DNA of 64,000 bases from Bradymonadia bacterium (GCA_046290225.1 JBKAGE010000034.1:224001-288000), one strand, 5' to 3'; shown: positions 17,801 to 25,269, counted from the first letter of the stretch. The notes: generated from the letters alone by a model not told the origin. A program made the numbers and translations.

Positions 17801-20174
17801 TACCGTCTGCTCGGGTCACCGTCTTCGTCGAGGCGTCGAGGATGGGGGCCGACACCACCGTGAGGGCGCCGGCGGAGACTTCGGCCACCTGCGTAGGATC
17901 GATGGGCGCCTCGATGGTGGCCGTGTTGCGGATCTCCGTACCGTTGGCCACATCATCGACGATCTGCACCGTGTAGATCAGCTGTATGCGACCCTCGGGT
18001 GGCACGGTCGCGAAGCCCTGGACCCGCCCGTTGATGCAGATGAAGTTCCCCTGAGATCGGGGATCGATGGTGCAGGCTTCTGTAGCCTCGGGCAGCAGAT
18101 CATCCACGAAGATGCTGGCATCTGCGGCCCCCGTGTTGGTCACGGTGACGGTGTACTCGATGACGTCGCCGGGCTCCACGAGGCCCCCGTTGACGTCAAC
18201 ACCCACCTTTCGAGTGCCAGCGCCGGTGATGTCCACCTCGGCAGAGAGCGTGAGTCGTGTCGGGTCGTTCTCCGCCGCCGTCGCCGGATCATCCGTGAGG
18301 ATCAGCTGCCCGGCGGCGGTGACCTGCCCCTGGTTGCTGATTTGGAACCCGTTCACCCCCCCTGGAGGGATGCCGTCAGCGAGCAGCGCCTCGGTGTCGT
18401 GAATGGAGCCGAGGATGATGATGTTGAGCCCCCCTGGGGGCACCACCAACGACTCCAGCCGCACGGAATTGCCCTGGGTGCGGTTCACCCCCTGCCCTGC
18501 AAAGACCACCTGGTTCACGTCGATGAACCGCGGCACCTCGTCGACGAAGAGCACATCGTTCACGTTGCGCGGGTTGGGGTTGGGGATGGTGATGATGTAC
18601 TGGATCGCCTCGCCGGGCACGAAACGGCCATCACCGTCGCCCACCACCTGCTTGCTCACCTGACCGAGGGCCAGATCGCCGAGGACCACGACAACGGCCT
18701 CGTTGCTGTCGATGGCGTCGAGATCGCTGGCGCTGATGCTGGCCTGGGAGATCAGACGGGTCCCGGCGGCCACGCCCTGATCGATGGTGGCCCGGAAGGT
18801 GATCACCCGATCGTTGTCGCCCTGGAACGGGATGTTGCCCACGTTGAGGCCCAGGGCCAGCGGGTTCGCCACCTCTTCACCGGGGATGGGATCCGCCCCG
18901 TCGACCCTCAAGCTGCCGGGCAGATAGGTCAGCCCGTCGGGGAGGGCCAGCTGGGCCAGCGTGTTCTCGGCGTTGAGGGTGCCCTCGTTCTCGATCCGGA
19001 GCGTGAAGACCACCCGCTCGAGCGGTGCGGCCTCGTCGGGCACCACGGAGAGCTGCGTGCCGGCTCGACGGAAGTTCGGCGCGTTGCGATCGACGGTGAG
19101 CTGCACGTACCCGAGGATGAACATCTCCCCGCCCCCACCGGGATCGGGGTTGCGAGGGTTGACGAAACCATCACCGGATCCTGCTCGGATGCGGACGCGC
19201 TGTTGCCCTGATCGCAGCAGCGCCGAGACGTTGTACGTGTCGATGTCCAAACCGAGGGTGAAGCCCCCAGGGCTGGTGCTGTTGAAGAGGTTGTTCGGGG
19301 GATTGGTGGCGTTGGTGAGCTTGGTGCCGCCGAACTCGAGGAAGTCGAAGCACGTGTCGCACCGCACCTGAGGGTTGGCGTCGGTGTCCTGGGGTGGCAC
19401 CCCGAGGAAGGCGTCGCCCTCCATGGCGAAGAAGGTCAGGCTGGCCTCACCGTTCACCGGCATATCGAAGCCGTCGATGTCGAAGGTGTCGATGCCCGGG
19501 CTCGCCGGCGTCTCGTCGATCTGGCGGAAACCATCGTAGATGAAGATGTCGCGGAGCGTGTTCGCCGACTCCGCCTCGTAGATCAGGGCCAGGCTCCAGC
19601 CGGCGTACTTCGCCTGGCACTCCGCCGCCTGCTCCGGCGCACAGGTGCCATCGGGCAGGATCAGCCCAGGCTCCGCCTCGAGATCCCCGACCTGGTACTG
19701 ACCGTTGATGACACCGCCATCGAAGCGCTGACGCAGCCGCTCGGTGACGTCGGCCCGGCAGTAGAAGAAGCCCCCGAGGCGGTTCACCGTGACGCAGCGA
19801 TCCGCCTGCACGTCGTTGAAGAAGCCGCCGTCTGGGGTGGTGAGATCCACCGTGCGATCGGTCCCTGCCGCGATGCTCCCGCTCCAGAACAGGTAGGCCC
19901 CCACCAGCTCGGCATCGAAGGGCAGGCTGTTCACGTCACCGCCGGAGCGCGGCAACAGGCCGCTGTTCACCTCTGGCGCCGTGATCGAGGCCGTCATCAG
20001 CGTGTTCCCGGTGATGACCGCGCCACCGAAGACCTGATGCTGGCGATACAGCCGGTGCGGATCACCCTCCACCTCCGCGTGTGCGGGGGTGATGAAGGCG
20101 CCCAGCGAGAGCGCCACGAGGGAAAGGCAGCAAGCGGTGGCCCGGAGGGCCCGCGACAAGGGGGGTGTGCTCAC
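5805..20174 (-). CDS. Giant (~4,790 aa) surface protein: signal peptide, N-terminal domain, ~17 DUF11/isopeptide-type Ig repeats, SdrD-B-like domains, OmpA-like domain, putative C-terminal outer-membrane beta-barrel
   Basis: Signal ...LVALSLGAFITPAHA; repeats TK.V...PGD...Y...V.N.G...D.LP...NQA..TDDP.T...DPT; GRGNDVPLVPN..RKNERVEI; alternating aromatic strands ending GPFFRVIANY; GTG start at 20174 inferred. Confidence 0.88.
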   Translation of the reverse strand: MSTPPLSRALRATACCLSLVALSLGAFITPAHAEVEGDPHRLYRQHQVFGGAVITGNTLMTASITAPEVNSGLLPRSGGDVNSLPFDAELVGAYLFWSGSIAAGTDRTVDLTTPDGGFFNDVQADRCVTVNRLGGFFYCRADVTERLRQRFDGGVINGQYQVGDLEAEPGLILPDGTCAPEQAAECQAKYAGWSLALIYEAESANTLRDIFIYDGFRQIDETPASPGIDTFDIDGFDMPVNGEASLTFFAMEGDAFLGVPPQDTDANPQVRCDTCFDFLEFGGTKLTNATNPPNNLFNSTSPGGFTLGLDIDTYNVSALLRSGQQRVRIRAGSGDGFVNPRNPDPGGGGEMFILGYVQLTVDRNAPNFRRAGTQLSVVPDEAAPLERVVFTLRIENEGTLNAENTLAQLALPDGLTYLPGSLRVDGADPIPGEEVANPLALGLNVGNIPFQGDNDRVITFRATIDQGVAAGTRLISQASISASDLDAIDSNEAVVVVLGDLALGQVSKQVVGDGDGRFVPGEAIQYIITIPNPNPRNVNDVLFVDEVPRFIDVNQVVFAGQGVNRTQGNSVRLESLVVPPGGLNIIILGSIHDTEALLADGIPPGGVNGFQISNQGQVTAAGQLILTDDPATAAENDPTRLTLSAEVDITGAGTRKVGVDVNGGLVEPGDVIEYTVTVTNTGAADASIFVDDLLPEATEACTIDPRSQGNFICINGRVQGFATVPPEGRIQLIYTVQIVDDVANGTEIRNTATIEAPIDPTQVAEVSAGALTVVSAPILDASTKTVTRADGTPLGGQALPGETLRYTLTVPNTGNRPATAVQIADSLAFDFDNVTPLDGGVFDAGANQITWNVGAVQVGAEAVVRFDATLPAVLADNTVIDNQGLVSAAELGDAVPTDDPATAAVDDPTRVVVRSQPRLLLTKSVDRAVARPGEQVTYTFTVTNTGSTEALDVSITDTLPGGVFGDIRPVGGQVVGSTVTFDGTDSADLRQLPVGASATFEVAATLQPVLAPRQVENQAIGVARNTDDPVLSDDPGTDAPSDPTIFTVQSAPVLSLTKAVEDLNGGDPQPGDRVRYVLSVENTGDAPTEGVVVTDPLPAELSDVVPGAGGRLDGGALVFEVGGDLIPGEAPSIFTFEATIAEGTPQGTQVSNQGTAAAGDISALSDDPATPAAGDPTVLVVVSRPDLSTSLKRVEPVGTVVAGQPVTYTLEVVNSGTAPATDVVVRDPLSALLGNPVAQGGQVVGGEARWTIDRLEAGASVEFTLTGLAPRPIADGTLLPNQAFLSAAELPDEVATDDPTTEAPDDPTVIIIEARPVLTATKTVRDLDGAPVRPGDVLEYTLEVRNTGGADAAGVTLTDVLDPNLTVELPGGAVVDGQTLTWDLVEVAVDTSVEQVFTARVAAPLDNGTRIENQGVVTFDDQRVLTDDPNTAPENDPTTVQVIAGADLSGSTKTVEDLNGGDVRPGDQLRYTVTVTNTGDAVARGVSVTDLLPDTLELVDAPGSIDGPDGRLWPFPAILPGGDRSIAFVAAVRPGVPDGTAIDNQAFASVEGAAEPFPTDDPNTAAVDDPTTVQVTASASLALTKQVVPVEGFPVRPGDLVDYTLRVENTGDGVSAPFEVSDVVPGELLVVDVPPPAGVINGTLRWPVGVLAPDASAVELTFRAQVRPETPDGQAVSNQAIIQLPDGTEVRSDDPSTIPQPDATSFSVVDGPDLRGATKAVDRDQVYGPGDTLIYTISVTNSGSRQATQVVITDPLPEGLTLVSSNPPAQILNGNPIWTFGTLGADETVVIEVTTAIGADVADGTSLVNQATVQAQGLPDQVTDDPSTDAVGDPTIIEVVARAVLRLTKAVEDDNGGAFNPGDAITWRLTLANDGNQATEALQVLDPIDDDLVNANAVDGQVENGVASWSLEALAPGATRELLLRARINPNAADGAEVVNQFAVSEEGSPRFLLSDDPTTPEPDDPVRFIVVRPEVSATKTVQTVGPGGFVPGAEVQYAIEITNTSETPVDRVLVSDPIDTLRLDNVVPGEGGIFDPDLGQVNWTPELFPELAVIAPGATVTLSVRARIRPLVPTGEVVSNQGLVDVGGVGRITPTDDPTTPAAGDPTDFVVSAPPQLAFIKQILGPPSGERVPGAVVTYQLIVQNVGVEPVFDPIFTDNLPPQVDYVPESTRLDGVPFSDIFGAPPFGPGMLLAIDGDPPALQPGTSTAITFDVRVRPDAPVGSEVLNQGSITDASDTITLSDDPTTAARPDPTGFIIDGGPQLSRFVKTWRLENDPDRREALVGDVIRWRLEVSNLGLGEARSVRINDPFPDGVRYVEGSISADGVPQTDALDADNAAVFNGQLVADFGDVPGGETRSLEFLTEVTEARDVVNQARAQAVGFDLLSDADDDPINGIQPTVVPVGEIPVRQAEIFKRVVGLEGNQVDIGEPVRFEIIVRNTGTEDLSQVQVFDDLPQSLLFEGFDGVPPGGRTQFDRPPAGALAGGQAQVILETLQVGQEVQFFIDTRVDPALDGSRQICNEARVDLRDLDPVNSPRACITAELRLGAVEGVVFQELDTEQGFQVEGDEAFADMRVAVYPMSDPDGEAAAEAITDAEGRFELPELRPGAYRVRVFTSSNVLFKIIDDVEVSGGETLSADLAIDPSGRVYNSVDGDLIDGAEIFIYRDEDLEDDDVLDAESLSRRVLVDPEDLEAPSQQGQRTANGGLYRFAVKVPGRYIVEVVPPGQSFVSPSVLVPATPGIATRQDVDDEGRVVPDPVPSVDPDADRTYFLGFDLQTADDLYLNNHIPVDPLSSLIDLEKRSTKPTATVGDVITYQVDIVNRSPVGLLFDPATGTGGVFLQDITPKGFKYVAGSVVFTRVDGGREIPLSADDPGPDDVNILRFGVVRQEDGRRVLRPFDLAAGEHIRVRYQMVVGANAKPKKRYTNRAVVLADGSVPVTRVARATVRVIADPIFDQGVLLGRVFCDIDGDGKQQEGERGLPGARVYMDHGWYSNTDSAGMFHFRDLDPGVHAVKIDTDTLLPGAVLTTDETRVINFTRGLPAKVSFGVTCPGESVTDPEVELDRGGMEAALEALRQQYLVVTGDVLRHTLTDGRQQLAAPEIKVKVSEKKKRRRKEKSEGGVIDLKYDSVRGRALGALVFRPTVPAGAGTDRWQLKVAAENGPWIEVKGGQGTPPRKIEWDLRGPDGRPMLTDRGVYQWRLELAAPDGQRYTSTVGRFGVGAMGPGSPELVRTLRGDLFKGRGRRLKLTEEGERLVAEVAGGLKARPGKITVEVHSAGVPGTPEAIEATGKRAALVEAAFKAQLPDPTRVSAKGRGNDVPLVPNFSRRNRRKNERVEIRIIPDGPAKPPESLVKGTPQPSWAKAHGQAATPGEDGRFALVVPVTEDGVVEVALQGPDGRRSIFVLRPAPGRQQAPLASRQLVVDGTVPDGLRIGGAVVKPRAIDVKVSAPEAAPLEGRSLKAPIPFKLKAGRAPVDQWRFILLTPSGKRLYEAAGAGRVDDEVVWSSPGDDSLSAGLYSYRLTVRYADGAVGQSAEGFLKVGKTTTSIPENKGQWGVRIDGRPMPQREVKGTTGPQIDGLVTVKGASALLVEIRRPDGGRGLFFVAPPKAPKAPDAKGADGQKSPAASKSPASPKSTAAPKSGVPQSLDPLPLREPDWDDNENKTAKKPSGLIVAPVDTLDGTAPKTTAQGEASAKDTDYKKVSTDPNGASKKPAEPEVPLAEKVKPASPKLSPAQRLAMEDFGRSELLTLLTTRTGVAGDLEIPARQLSVTLPPEGATLNSPTLPVFGRTDPQNVITLNGQPVDLDEKGNFSGVVELPIGEAKVEIVATDPGGNRGVIRRNYTVSGEQWFLLALGEGLTGSVNSELDGVYDHTRTRISDRVYLHGRAVAYLKGRMQGKDVLGGLFKQIKVTANVDTARHREYEAYFEQLIDPDTFYPVYGDSSESVRDVNARGPVYVLIEADRSTLTVGNFKTGIRGVELFNYDRTLYGAHLKLDVDTGDFRHELTAFASDDEESERHAYVELQGTGGSLYYLPHRDVVEGSERIYLIERDKISGVERRKIALSRDADYNIRYREGRILVKQPVQSSTLDVMGALPQVPSMNGNRTLDGHPVYISIEYDHRDLSNFGDQTFGVHARETWNKQITLGAGYIEEGRSDQGLPDYRLWGAELTARHGRKSFFTGELARSRSFNGENLFSDDGGLSFSPFNLRDGTDTEGSAFQLRLGVEMDDLIGEGKQDHWYTEGYWQYLSEGYYAGGTIQQQGLEKYGILSRYHIDKHHQLKVQHDGIVASEPGTQNFGVFRGFRRDVTRAGYQYTEKGLRIDGEIVRTYANEGGLLNPQSPGMPTNGVFNGDANSGLNTIATGTDDFIQPLDVYTLEVGGEYDLDDRWTLIGDQELVLRGDSRLHEDPLDLAVTTAGARYKMTESVSIEGTVSSRWSGDNAAQVGMTAEVDERHTVYVRDRRTDANGQVTHTLVMGGEERIGEKGEGRAYGEYQVENGAEGQRNRAIMGVGRRMKLVKGLHLDLGYERSQVFGASAGGQFSRDTVSLGAEWLEKKDLKLTGRYELRYEDNDEEFNRRDRSQVLALNAFSWKFQRDFSLLARLNYSHTMDLQLNGTEAELVEGTMGIAWRPVRTDWAAALLRYTKRYEQLPVQDLSAGLVTREESDVLAIIPIFELPYRLQLVEKLAYKRTASRVEAIPSVVSHTLLWINRLNFHLTDTWDIGGEYRFLQVSLAQNQQHGALFELNYIIEKRVRLGLGYNFTSFSDDEFQRLNEDHGGPFFRVIANY

Positions 20175-20333
20175 GTAAGTGCCCGAGATGGTTCGGCCCT
20201 CGCAGGAAGGGTGGAGGCCCGCATAGTAGGAGGGGGGGCGCGGCGAGCACAAGGGCTACCGGGGCTGCTTTAAGCCCCGCTCTTCAGCCCTTCACCAGAC
20301 CGCGTGATCTGAGGCGCTCGGTGGGTGCGCTGC

Positions 20334-22121
20334 TCAGGGGTTGGGGTAGTAGGCAGGCAGATCGGAGACGAGGGGGAAGAAGACCTCCGCGCGACGGGTG
20401 GTCACCTCCGCCCCACCCCCCTGGGTGATGCCGCCGACGATGAGCACGTTGCCCGTGGACATGGTCACCGCCTCATGCTCGTACCGGGGCTCGCCTGTGC
20501 AGCCAGCGCCGAGCGGCGCGGAGCCATACCGGGCGATGGGGGGATCGTTGGGATTGACCTGAGGTCGAACCGCCCCCTCGGGATCGCGCAGCGGCACGAG
20601 CTGGTACGCCGCCGAAGTCACTGCGCCACCACGGCGTCCGCCGACCACGAGGACGGTCTCGTCAGGGAGCACTGAAGCCGTCACGTCACCGACGCCAGCC
20701 TCGGCGTTGCCCAAGACCCCGACGGAGCCCGCGCCGTACAGCGTGAGGTTGGCGTCCATCATCTCGAGTTCGGTGATGCCGTCGCTGCGATCCGCGTTCT
20801 GGTGACCACCGACGAAGAGCACCTGGCGGCTGTCGTCGACGTTCACAGCCTGGTGGGCGAAGCGAGGACGCTCGAGGTTCACCCCTGCAGGGCTCACCCA
20901 ACACCCCTGGGTCTCGTTCGGTACCACGCCGTCGCCACCACAGCAGCCCGTGGTCTGGTTCGGGTTGCTGGTGAAGAGCTCGATGGAGTCGGTGGGCACG
21001 AGCCCCTGATCGCCCTGAGTGATCAACCCCCCTGCTGCGACGGCCTGGGCGCGGCCACCCTGGAAGAACAAGGTCGAGGTAGAGTGCTCCACCCGGGCCT
21101 GGCACATATCGCCCTGGCGCCGGAAGGTGCCCTCAGTGGGGTCGGCGGTTTGTGAGGGGAAGTAACGCCATGTGGAGGCGAGCGGGCTGCGGGTCGCCCC
21201 ATAGCCACCAGAGATCAACACCGAGCCGCTGCCGTCATCGAGGCGCGTGGCGGTGTGGCGGTAGCGCTGCTCCCCCTCGGGGAACAGGCCTTCGACGAGA
21301 CGCACGGGCTGATCCTCGTCAGCGAGATCGACGAGGGCGATGGTCTTCACGGGGGTCTGACGCCCGTCGATGTTCGCGAGGCCACCCACGACGAGGATGC
21401 GGCCGTCTTCCATGACCGTGGCCGTGTGCCACGCCCGAGCCGACTGCATGCGGATGTCGAGGGTCTGAAAGAGCCCCTCGTCGGGATCGTAGATCTCCAT
21501 GGTGTCGTAGATCTCGGAGATCAAGCCCGACTCCATGCGGGCGCCGCCCATGATCAAAACCCGACCGTCGGGGAGCGGGGTCGCCGTGTGACCCACTCGG
21601 ACGGGGCCCATGTCCTGGTTGCCGCCGGCAGAGGTATAGCCCTCCGGGGCACCCGTGTTGGCCACGACACAGCTCGTGGGACCCACCACCACCGCCTTGC
21701 GAGGCGAGCTGCCAGGCTCCACGTCGAAGGGCCGACTGGCCCCGTAGAAGAGCAAGCTGTCGTCGGCGCTGAAGCCGCGAATGAACAGCTGATGGCTGGG
21801 CCCGATGGGCAGCTGGTTCAGGCCACCGCTGCCGTCATCCAGGCGGAAGATCTCCACCCGCTGGCTGCTGTTGGGGGCGTCGGCCTGCACCGCGACGACC
21901 TCGATCTCCGCCACCCGGCTGCTGCCGGGCTCGAGCAGAGACTCTTGCCCCGCGGGGGTGTACAGGCGGATGTCGAGCTGGACATCCTCCTGTGTGGTCA
22001 CGTCACAGCCGGCGAAGACACCTACGAAGAGGCTCAGGGCGCCGGCGAGCACGGTGTTTGATGAGCCCAATTTTGATGAGTCCCATTTTGACGAGCACAG
22101 GCTCGATGAGCGGATACGCAT
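20334..22121 (-). CDS. Kelch/galactose-oxidase-type beta-propeller lipoprotein
   Basis: Repeats RVGHTATPLPDGRVLIMGG, RAWHTATVMEDGRILVVGG etc.; lipobox FAGC; AGGAG before ATG 22121. Confidence 0.88.
   Translation of the reverse strand: MRIRSSSLCSSKWDSSKLGSSNTVLAGALSLFVGVFAGCDVTTQEDVQLDIRLYTPAGQESLLEPGSSRVAEIEVVAVQADAPNSSQRVEIFRLDDGSGGLNQLPIGPSHQLFIRGFSADDSLLFYGASRPFDVEPGSSPRKAVVVGPTSCVVANTGAPEGYTSAGGNQDMGPVRVGHTATPLPDGRVLIMGGARMESGLISEIYDTMEIYDPDEGLFQTLDIRMQSARAWHTATVMEDGRILVVGGLANIDGRQTPVKTIALVDLADEDQPVRLVEGLFPEGEQRYRHTATRLDDGSGSVLISGGYGATRSPLASTWRYFPSQTADPTEGTFRRQGDMCQARVEHSTSTLFFQGGRAQAVAAGGLITQGDQGLVPTDSIELFTSNPNQTTGCCGGDGVVPNETQGCWVSPAGVNLERPRFAHQAVNVDDSRQVLFVGGHQNADRSDGITELEMMDANLTLYGAGSVGVLGNAEAGVGDVTASVLPDETVLVVGGRRGGAVTSAAYQLVPLRDPEGAVRPQVNPNDPPIARYGSAPLGAGCTGEPRYEHEAVTMSTGNVLIVGGITQGGGAEVTTRRAEVFFPLVSDLPAYYPNP
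22057..22116. repeat. Degenerate 15-bp tandem repeat (4 copies) in the N-region of the kelch protein signal peptide
   Basis: TTTGATGAGCCCAAT / TTTGATGAGTCCCAT / TTTGACGAGCACAGG / CTCGATGAGCGGATA. Confidence 0.7.
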
Positions 22122-22132
22122 GTGCTGTCTCC

Positions 22133-23632
22133 TTACCACCGCACCGAGGCGTTGAATTGAGTGCTCTCTTCGTCTTCCGAGGACAGCAGATAGCCTGCGG
22201 TGACGGCACCACCGACCACCACGGCACCCGTGACGGCCCAGAACACCCAGGAGCCGTACCAAGCGTCGTCATCGTCTTCACCGCCCTTGGGCTTTGGCGG
22301 CGGCGGGGGCTCGGTGAGGGTGACCACCGGCTCCGGATCAGGCACGGGCCGAGGGTCCACCACAGGATCTTTCTTCTCGGGCTTCGCCGGGGGCACCTCG
22401 GTCACCGCAGGCTTCGGCGGCGGATCGGATCGGGGCGCGGTCACGGGCTTCGGAGCCACGATGCCGCCCACCACGACCTTCTCGAAGGGGAACTTGTTCA
22501 CCGCGGCTTCTACAGCCTTGGAGAACGCCACCGCCTGGATGAAGGCGCTCGACATGTTGGCACGGAACTTCAGCTCGTCCAGAGCGACGACCTGCTGCTC
22601 CTTCACCCCATAGACGAAGGTGCTCATCACGAAGCCGGAGCCCTGGGTGGAGATGTTGCCCACCACGATGTACTTCGAGCGGGTGATCTCAGCAGCTTCG
22701 TTGGCCTTTGCCTTGAACGACGCGTCCACCACCCCACGGGAGGCCATCTCCTTAAGCGAGGCTTCCAGCTCCGCGGGCACCTTCTCTTCGGGGGGCGGCC
22801 CCAGATCGGTGCTCAGATCGAGAGTGGCGGTGACCACCTTCTTGCTCTTGGACTTCACCTTCACCGCAGCGGCGCCGGCGTCATCATCGCTGGCCTGGAC
22901 ATAGTGGAAGCCGCGAACCAGCCCGGTGACGGTGAGGGGGGACTTCCCCTTCTCTTCACCATCGACACGGATGGTGGCGCCGGGGGGGTTGGTGACCACC
23001 TTGATCTTGCCGCGCTTCTTCTTGAGGCGCTTCTTCTTCTCTTTGTTGAAGAACGCCTTGGTGTCGTCGGAGAACTCGTCGAGGGGCTCCGCGTCGGGGG
23101 CCATGGCGATGACCTGACGGAAGTAGTCCTTGGCGTCGCCGTCGAACTGCAGCTTGAGGCTCGTGGCCCCGAGGTAGCCCAGGGTCTCGAGCACGGCGTC
23201 GACACGGCCGACAGAGGGCAACCCCTCTTCGTACTTCTCGAGGGCCTGCTTCAGAGTCACCAGGGCCTCTTTGAACTTGCCGGCGGCAAAGAGATCTTTA
23301 CCGGCGGTGCGGAAGTTCTCCGCCTCGTTCACCCGGGGATCGTCCCCACCGGCCACGACGGTGATCTGCCCAGCACCGGTCCCCGCCAGCTCGATGTGGC
23401 GGTTCTTGATGAGATCTTCACGAGCAGCCTCGTCGAACTTCTCCGAGACCAGCCCGGCACCTGGGGCGTTGTCGACTTTGAGGGAGGCCACCCACACGCG
23501 TGGCTTGGGGCCAGTGTACCCCTTGGCCTCGGCGTGGTTGGGGGCCCAGGGCACCCCAAACGTCACTTGCTGGACCACCAGGAGTACAGCGAGCAACATG
23601 CGGGGGCGCGGAAGACGGTTGATCGAGTGCAA
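22133..23632 (-). CDS. PEGA-domain protein with signal peptide, TPR-like helices, Pro-rich linker and C-terminal hydrophobic segment
   Basis: VVTNPPGATIRVDGEEKGKSPLTVTGLVRGFH (PEGA); WYGSWVFWAVTGAVVVGG; GGAGGAGG before TTG. Confidence 0.85.
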   Translation of the reverse strand: MHSINRLPRPRMLLAVLLVVQQVTFGVPWAPNHAEAKGYTGPKPRVWVASLKVDNAPGAGLVSEKFDEAAREDLIKNRHIELAGTGAGQITVVAGGDDPRVNEAENFRTAGKDLFAAGKFKEALVTLKQALEKYEEGLPSVGRVDAVLETLGYLGATSLKLQFDGDAKDYFRQVIAMAPDAEPLDEFSDDTKAFFNKEKKKRLKKKRGKIKVVTNPPGATIRVDGEEKGKSPLTVTGLVRGFHYVQASDDDAGAAAVKVKSKSKKVVTATLDLSTDLGPPPEEKVPAELEASLKEMASRGVVDASFKAKANEAAEITRSKYIVVGNISTQGSGFVMSTFVYGVKEQQVVALDELKFRANMSSAFIQAVAFSKAVEAAVNKFPFEKVVVGGIVAPKPVTAPRSDPPPKPAVTEVPPAKPEKKDPVVDPRPVPDPEPVVTLTEPPPPPKPKGGEDDDDAWYGSWVFWAVTGAVVVGGAVTAGYLLSSEDEESTQFNASVRW

Positions 23633-23724
23633 TCGAGCCTCCTCCAGGGTCAGTGAAGCCGCCCTGACAGAACGGCTGCGGTTAGCATGGGGGCGCAGTT
23701 GACGTCAACGACGAGAGACATCAG

Positions 23725-25248
23725 GTGAAACTGTCAATTCCAGGGAAAATCTTCGCCGGGTTCCTCGCCCTGCTGCTCACCTTTACGCTGGTGAGCGGTT
23801 ACACCGCCCTGAAGGTGCACACCCTCGGGGAGCAGATCGACACCCTGCACCGCAACCTGGTGCCCCTCCCCGTGACCATGGCGGAGATCAGAAACGACGT
23901 CTCGGGTCTCAGCCGGATCGTGAGCGAGCGGGATCCCGCCCTCTTGCGTCGTGGCGTGAACGTGGCCCGCCGGGCCTACCCGTTCCTCGAACGCCTGGAG
24001 CGCCGATTCGACAAGGCTCGGGATCTCGTCGCCAGCGAGGGCCTGCCGAAGACCATCGCCCCCACAATCCAGGCCCTGAAGATGCTCGACGCTGCCCGAG
24101 TCGACCTCGCCAGCGAGGTGAGCGCTTTTTTTGAAGCGGTGGAGCGCACCGAGGGGATCCCCGAGGGTCAACGGGCCCTCATCGATCACCTCAGCGAGTT
24201 TCAGCGCTCAGTGCGCCTGTTCGAGCTTCGCGTCTCCGGGGCCCTCACTCAGGCCCTCGCCGCCTTCGCCGCGGAGGAGCAGCGGGCGGTGTGGTCCATC
24301 GTCCTCCTCGCCGCCGTGGCCCTCGTGGTGGGCATCGTCATCGCCGTGAGCGCCGCCCGCATCCTGCGACCCCTCGGTCCACTGCGCGCCGCGGTGGCCC
24401 GTCTCGCTCAGGGCGCACCCACCGAGCCTGTGCCTGTGGACTCTCACGACGAGCTCGGCGCCCTCGCCGCGGACTTCAATCAACTCGCCGAAGCGCTCCA
24501 GGCCCGAGATGCTCAGCTCGCAGCCCAGCAGGCAGAGCTTCTGCATCAAGATCGCCTAGCCACTGTGGGCCGCATGTCGGCCCAGATCACCCACGAGCTG
24601 CGGAACCCGCTGTCGAGCATCGGCCTCAACTCCGAGCTGCTCATGGAAGAGCTTGACCTGCTCGGCGGCGCCGACGAGGCCCGTGGGCTCCTCGCCAGCA
24701 TCATCAAAGAGGTGGAGCGTCTGCGGGACATCACCGAAGAGTACCTGCGCTTCGCCCGCCTCCCCCGCCCCGAGGCCATCGCCGTGGATCTCAACCACAT
24801 GGGCCAGGAGCTCATCGAGTTCTGCAAATCGGAGATGGATCAGAGCGGCGTCAAGATGAGGTTGGACGCCGATCGAGCCGCGCGACCCGCCCTCGCCGAT
24901 CCCAACCAGCTGCGGTCGGCGATCCTGAACCTCACCCGAAATGCTCGGGAAGCCCTCGAGCAGCACGGCGGTGGCCACGTGACACTCCGGGTACGCTCCC
25001 TGGGCACTTGGGCCACCCTGGAGGTCATCGACGACGGCCCCGGGCTCACAGAGGAGGCCCGAGAGCGACTCTTCGAACCGTTCTTCAGCACCAAACCTCA
25101 GGGCACAGGCCTTGGTCTCTCCATGGTGCAGAAGATCGTGCTGGCTCAGGGTGGAGAGGTCGAAGTGGCCTCGGGGCCCACCCGCGGGACCCGGGTGAAG
25201 CTCAAGCTGCCTCTCGGAGAGGACGAACCTCAGTGGTCTGCATCGTAA
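23725..25248 (+). CDS. HAMP-domain sensor histidine kinase (NtrB-like)
   Basis: Two TM segments, HAMP DELGALAADFN, H-box ITHELRNPL, N/G/F boxes DDGPG..FEPFFSTK..GTGLGL. Confidence 0.96.
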   Translation: MKLSIPGKIFAGFLALLLTFTLVSGYTALKVHTLGEQIDTLHRNLVPLPVTMAEIRNDVSGLSRIVSERDPALLRRGVNVARRAYPFLERLERRFDKARDLVASEGLPKTIAPTIQALKMLDAARVDLASEVSAFFEAVERTEGIPEGQRALIDHLSEFQRSVRLFELRVSGALTQALAAFAAEEQRAVWSIVLLAAVALVVGIVIAVSAARILRPLGPLRAAVARLAQGAPTEPVPVDSHDELGALAADFNQLAEALQARDAQLAAQQAELLHQDRLATVGRMSAQITHELRNPLSSIGLNSELLMEELDLLGGADEARGLLASIIKEVERLRDITEEYLRFARLPRPEAIAVDLNHMGQELIEFCKSEMDQSGVKMRLDADRAARPALADPNQLRSAILNLTRNAREALEQHGGGHVTLRVRSLGTWATLEVIDDGPGLTEEARERLFEPFFSTKPQGTGLGLSMVQKIVLAQGGEVEVASGPTRGTRVKLKLPLGEDEPQWSAS

Positions 25249-25269
25249 TGCCCGTGGTAGATCAGGACT

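Noticed and set aside
12900..18300. Recurring GGATCGTC/GGATCATC DNA motifs every ~370-400 bp
   Set aside because: They encode the DDP/DPT linkers of the DUF11 repeats and are not an independent DNA array
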